Source of the DNA: Lingula anatina
Taxonomy: Eukaryota > Animalia > Brachiopoda
Direction of reading: 5' to 3'
NCBI GenBank assembly: GCA_051362555.1
Contig: CM120640.1
Span: 18,352,001 to 18,416,000, forward strand
DNA: 64,000 nt
Position numbers and translations under genes: made by a program. Below the pieces are notes generated by a model. The model saw nothing but the letters and a program-made list of their open reading frames with translations. It was not told the origin of the DNA and ran no database searches. Positions within the stretch are counted from its first letter, which is position 1. Every line of letters begins with the position of its first letter. Positions 50,299 through 64,000 of the stretch are shown piece by piece.

Positions 50299-53200
50299 TA
50301 AGATGTCGTCAGAAAATAGGAGTTTTCCTTTGTGATGATGTCATCTTTGGCCTTTGAATACGTAGTGTATAAACATAAATATGAAATATAGAGAAATCAT
50401 TTTTAGCTCTACAAATTGGCCATCAACATTGAAATATGAGGAATTGCAAAGCTGTGTCCAAAAATCATTCCAGGAAAATTTTTGTATGATGTAGGCAAGT
50501 GTTGCATATCTTTCATTTTTTAGAATTTTTTAATTCAACAAACAGTATGAACGTACTTTTTCACTTGAAATTTATGTGATGCAGGATGCTTTAATGCCTT
50601 AACAATATTTTCTGTGCAATTTGATATCCTACTGCTGACAGGTGAAGAGTAATGGGTCTTAAACAGCAAGTAGCTTCTGCATTAGCAGTTAAGCTGGATT
50701 AATGCTTGTTAAGAAGTATTAGAATGCTACCTACTTAACCGACAGCCTGCATTTACACCATGTGACAGCTGCAAGATTTGCCTACGTTTCCTGTTATCTT
50801 TCCTTTCACAGTGGAACACATAAAATGTCATAGCTTAGAAGACAAAACATCATATTAACAAATACATTAAGTGTTTAAAAATTTTTAACGATTTAAGTTC
50901 ATGAACAAAAAATGAAATAAACTATGCATTCGAGGCACCTAAAGTGCAAGTGTTTTTGTGGGGGGAGAGGCAACAAACTCTCAATAGATTCTTTATGTAT
51001 GATACATTTATTTTCTGTTAACAGCCAGGCATAAAAAGAAGGGCTTTAGCTTGTTTTCAGTATTATAACATGTTGACTTAATACGTCAACCTTAATACTG
51101 CCAATTCCTTACTTATAGTCTTCTTTTAAAAGTAGGTTTCCACATTTTGCAGAAAAAGATATCTGTGTAGCAAGTATTCATCCGGTGCAACTCATTTGAA
51201 ACAGTTACACCCCATTTCCGTAGATTTTTAGTTCGATCTATCCCTGTGGGGAGTCTCACTAGATTACTGTCAGCTTGGCCGGCTTAAGCGTCTGTCCCAC
51301 CTACTAAAGCTGTAAGGGGATAATTAACTATGGTGCCCGCTTGGCTGACTGCAATTTAGCGTGAACCCCCAGGGAGTTAGGTCGATCTAAAACTTAATCT
51401 TTAGATCGATCTAAATCTCTGGGAAAGCACCCTTACACTAAAGACTTTTGACTGAACTTCCTTTTTGCAGTAAGATTATTCATCACAAGTGACACTTTGA
51501 GGATATAATATCCAAAACAATTGTTTGAGTTTCATCAATAAGTTCCATCCACATTTTAGTATAGTTTTCTAATACAGTTTGGTATTATTTGAGAAAATGT
51601 GAAACAATCCAAAACGGTACTTTACAAATAAACTCTAAGTGAACTAATGAAAAGTTAGTTTCAATCACCTCCCTTTCAATATTCCAATACGGTATTGTTT
51701 TTCCCCCCTTGCCTTTTTGCTATTAAATTCCAAAATTTCCCATACCCCATGGTTTCTAAGAGCCAATGATGTGTTTTCATTAGTCTGGTACTGTGGCCTG
51801 CCACATGAAGATTCTATTATACTTCAAATAAAGGACCAATAGCCTATTTCACATGGTAATAATTTGCTACATTGGGCAGGCAAAATATTGCAGTTACTTA
51901 AGCAATCAATACACAAGACTTCATCTAAATGTGAGTCAAATTCTTGATAGTTTTTGGCAAAGTGGTCAAAGAAGCTGGCATCTCATTGTATACACAATAC
52001 ATTAATTTCTGTTACGATATGTTATATATCCATCATTAAACTACCATTAAAGGCTACTAGGAAAATCTGTAGAACTTTTTTCTAGACTTTAATAAATGCT
52101 GTCAGTAGCATAGTACTGACACAAAATGAACAGTCACAAAAGGTTTCATGAAAATTGTGTAACATAAAAAAATCACTCATGAAATTATTTGTTCCAAACA
52201 AATTGGTATTGAACTTTCTTAAACATTTATTTCAATTTTTTTTGTAAAACCCAAACTTGTCTTTTATGTTAAATGGCCACAAATTATTCTCTTTTCTCTA
52301 TTTGTATACATTTTGGTGGTTTTCCTTAATCTAATGACAGGGTATTTCTGTAAACTTCCAACCTTTCCCATATTCTTACTGAAATCTAATTTTCTATACA
52401 TGATAACTATTGGTAGAACATGCCTCATTTTCTAGTGGCATATATAAACATAGCAAATGAACTAACATAGCAACTGACAATGGTATAGGCCTTCTTGACA
52501 CAATATAAAGAGCAGCACAATGCTAATATGAATTCAAAAGAATATACAATTTTGTTATGTACAAACTTACACTGCAGCAAGGCAGAGAAAGTTCCCAAAT
52601 TGAAATGAAATTTCTCAGCGATCTGCAACTGAATCTTTTTTTTCCAATGGGAACATAAATAACAAAACATACAAAACTAAAATGTACTACATATCTAAGC
52701 TTCTAGCATGATCACATTCTCTCATTCAGTTATGTGCTCCAATTTTTTGCACTTGGTGAGCATCATTTTATCTATTTTATACAAATATTTCTGTTCAATT
52801 AAACAGGATTTAGCTATAGAAATTAAGCTAAGCACAGTTCACATTTCTGCCTCCCATGTTCATACTTGTATGTGTATGCATGTGATGATTTTTCTTCAAA
52901 CAACCATATGACACAAAAATGCTACATTTGGGTTTGGTTTAAAATTTCACACCATCTCTCAAAATTGCATGTCTGATGAATAAGAGTTACTTTGTGTATG
53001 AAAGAAACTGCCAATAAGTACTAAAGCGTTATCTGTAGCACCACAAGGCAAAATTCTGCTTAGAAGTGCTCCATTAATTTTGAAATGCTTGTATTAGATG
53101 TATTGGCAGCTTCACATTGCTTGCGACTAATTAAGAAATGCTTTACTGTAACATTAATGATGAACCATTTGAGTTTACATGTCCTTGGCACACCTAATAC

Positions 53201-54285
53201 AACAAAGGTACACATCACCATGCAACAGGTTCTACTGTTCACTAATTACTGTTGAAGTCATGCATGTATACCACAGGTAACACTGTGTGACAACACAATG
53301 TGTTCAGCTATTCACAGCTATCGCAATCACAATCCACACACACATACACCATTAGTTGATATTATGAGCATGCTACAGTAAGGAACACAGAATCACAGTG
53401 ACCTATAAAAGGTAACAGTAACAGAAATCTTTCAGAGTATCCTTGGCTCAAATTTTTGTAATTTTTGTTTAAGATTATGTTAAGTAAATGTGTCACTCCA
53501 AAGAACCAAGTTACATACTCGAATATTCAAAACATGACTGCAAGACAAACAGGTAGCTAGAGTTCTGAACTTGTTATTTTCAATCCAAAAGAAATACCCC
53601 CACTGTGGCAAAAAAGAAAAAGTTCATTCATCAAGCAGTTTCATGAAGAACATGTCAGCCACCTTGGTTTTAAGAGCAGTCATGTTGACCTACTATAGTT
53701 CCGTTTTAGCAGTACGGGGCTGCAGTTGGCACAGCCAAGGACACATCTACACAATCCAAGCAGCATGTTACATACTGTACATTTATACTATAATATACAC
53801 AGTGAGTCAATAATTTATACATCAAATGTAGTAAAGTGATGACAATATATATTGCAGTAACTTGGTTCATAACACCATGGCACACTCAGGGGGGCTCATA
53901 AACACATAGTGCAACACCTTAAAGGAAACTCCGAACCCCTTTCTAAAGCACATCCTTTTCCAGTGAGCCCTCCTGATGCTACCTTACTCAATTCAGTGGG
54001 TGAATTTCCAATAAGATGCACTGTCAGACTCATACTCATACACACAGAGCTGGTTTGATAACAACATAATAAAGAGAAACCCTGGATCTGAGGTTACAGC
54101 AACAAATCTGTTTGGCGGTGGGGACTAACCAGTCCTGACACATAAAGCAAACTTGTTTAAATAGAACATGCTCACTGGGCCATAGGGTGAGCAACCATCT
54201 TGTTTCCCCCCTCTTATCCCTCTCTTTCTCTCATGTCACATCTCCCTGTATCCACTCTCCCTCATAAGCTATCCATGGTGAACTA

Positions 54286-62031
<7,746 letters not shown>

Positions 62032-63211
62032 CTTCATGAGTAATAATTGGTGGGCTGATCCAAGAAATCCTGCTACTTTTATATCTTGTAGAAAGCTTGT
62101 CTAGTGCAAACAAGCAGTTCACTGGGTTGTGTAGAGTGGCTTCCAAGTAACGCCACCCTTTACAACCACATCATCCAGGGGCACAAAACCCAAAGGGATT
62201 CTGTAAAGGTAAAAAAAATGAAATGTTTAAAACCCTTTACAGATCTTTCAGCATTCACCAATCACTTGTGATATTACACATATTTAACCTCATGGCCTTT
62301 TTCTTTCTTATTCCTAGGCTAGGCTAGGCTAAGCAAAATATTACTGTTTTAAAACTTAAATGGTACATAGACAACATCATTCCTATTCTGCTGCTCTTGC
62401 CCACAGCTTCATACAGAATCTTGTTTACTTGAATTTATATCATTCCATTATAAATTCAATTTCAAATACCATATGCTTATCTCATCAATATGTTTGAGGA
62501 TGAAAATGTCTACTTTGGGTGCACTGTAAGCTGTGAAGGCAATATTAGCACATTACAGATTTTCCTTGTAAGTTTAAGCATTATTGTGTCTTATCAAAAA
62601 GTATCAAGTTGTAAGTAAACCATTGTTGTGTATATGAAATATACTGCTGTTGTCGTGGCTAATATTCATCATTATGATGAAATGCCAATAGATTTATCAA
62701 TTTAAGAAGATGCAGCATACATTATCAAGTATAAACTAGGAACATATTAGTCAGGATCCATTCAAACTGAAAGTACCAAGCAACAATGAGCGCCAACAGC
62801 GTTTTGTTTGTGCTGACCAGAGTGTGGGGATGTAAAGTTAACATAATGTTAAACATTAAATGGATTTCCACGTAAAATCCCCAAACTTCAAGTTCAATAT
62901 TGCCGTCTGACAAGTCTTGGATCAGTGTAATAATAAAATAGTTTGGCCATTTATGTGGTGCCAAGTAACGCACAGCACGCATTTTTAGTCATAACAGGCA
63001 ATCACCATCTATTTCTGTAACATTGCAAGATAAGTCATTTTCATCCTATTTAATTTATCATAACATTGCATGCCTAATTTGAAATTCAGACAAGATCGAG
63101 GTCGCCATTTTTTATTCAAGGCGTATTCAAATAGGACCTTTTTAAAGATCCGTTTTAGAGTATTTTTCACGAACAGATGACAATGTCACTCCAATATTGA
63201 ATTGTGCTTAC

Positions 63212-63395
63212 CTCCAATGACGAAAATAGCCAATGATATACCTCACGTACAGAGCTAAACACTGTTTTCTCTGAAATTTGCAGGAATTTCCAACACGTTG
63301 AGATTTTACCCACAATTCTCAAATCCTACCTGCGCAAGCGCACATAGAGTGTAAAAATTAGAGATTACTCGAGAACTAAGATGGCAGCCTCCATC
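63212..63395. promoter_or_regulatory. Candidate LIS1 first non-coding exon and promoter
   Basis: Minus-strand donor AG|GTAAGC at 63211 pairs with the acceptor at 62201-62202; NRF1-like TGCGCAAGCGCA (63331-63342); YY1-like AAGATGGC (~63378). Confidence 0.45.
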
Positions 63396-64000
63396 GTTTG
63401 AAGTGCGTTGAGTTTGAAGCGACATTTAGTTACCCAAAGAGGGAGGTTCTAAGCAGAAAGTGACGTTTATGTTTAATTTAACACAAAAAGTATGGGTTTA
63501 GTTACGCTGGAAAACTGATAAGCATAAATTTTAAAAAGGTAACAACACACTTGTGTAAGAAGTGGTAATTTGCAGATATTCTGTACTACCCCGACTCAGA
63601 TTGCTAGTTGCTAGAGGTGAATAAAGTCGGTAGTTTTCTTTTAATTCAAACCAGTACTTTTCATCTCAGAATGTAAAATCCCAGCCTCAAGTCTGCATTA
63701 AAAGCAAGATTGCCAGTAGGACAAATGCGAAGTTGTAATCCTTTTGGAAATATCAGATTTAGATAATTTTTAAATTTTATTTAAAATTAATGTAAAAAGT
63801 ATAAAAGTTCTACTTTCGATTTTATGATTTTGATTTGACTGCAACATAGTTACTAGTAGGTATTTATTTATTATTATCATTTTTATTCAAATAAATGTGT
63901 TCATTGAAATAACCTTCTCCGGATTATTTCAGTGAAATCTTAACTTATACAGCAAAGTTTAAAAGAAGCTAATTTTTTCTATTCCAGTATTTCTATATAA

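Noticed and set aside
63381-63401. Start of a divergent + strand CDS (ATGGCAGCC)
   Set aside because: Stop codon after six codons; better explained as a YY1-like promoter motif

Overview
AT-rich, intron-containing DNA from an invertebrate animal (repeat style suggests a marine lophotrochozoan; this is inference). Manual splicing gives six frame-consistent protein-coding genes: (1) an 82-aa signal-peptide/mucin/GPI microprotein (-, 6130-10078) that the ORF track misses; (2) an 817-aa PH-domain + Pro/Tyr-rich linker + tandem PDZ-like adaptor (-, 16552-23487); (3) ornithine aminotransferase OAT (+, 29374-34851) with a GC-AG intron; (4) a 480-aa HxxxDG condensation-domain/alcohol-acyltransferase-like enzyme (-, 39679-43293); (5) adrenodoxin FDX1 (+, 46629-48723), head-to-head with gene 4; (6) LIS1/PAFAH1B1 (-, 54286-62031). 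Mobile DNA includes a miniature LTR element whose LTR holds a tRNA-like box A/box B cassette, a decayed Gypsy pol, a 3.56-kb hAT-like element, a Harbinger MADF remnant, tandem Helentron-like (HINE) elements, several MITEs, and a double perfect palindrome built around (TA)n. All coordinates were read by eye and no database searches were run.
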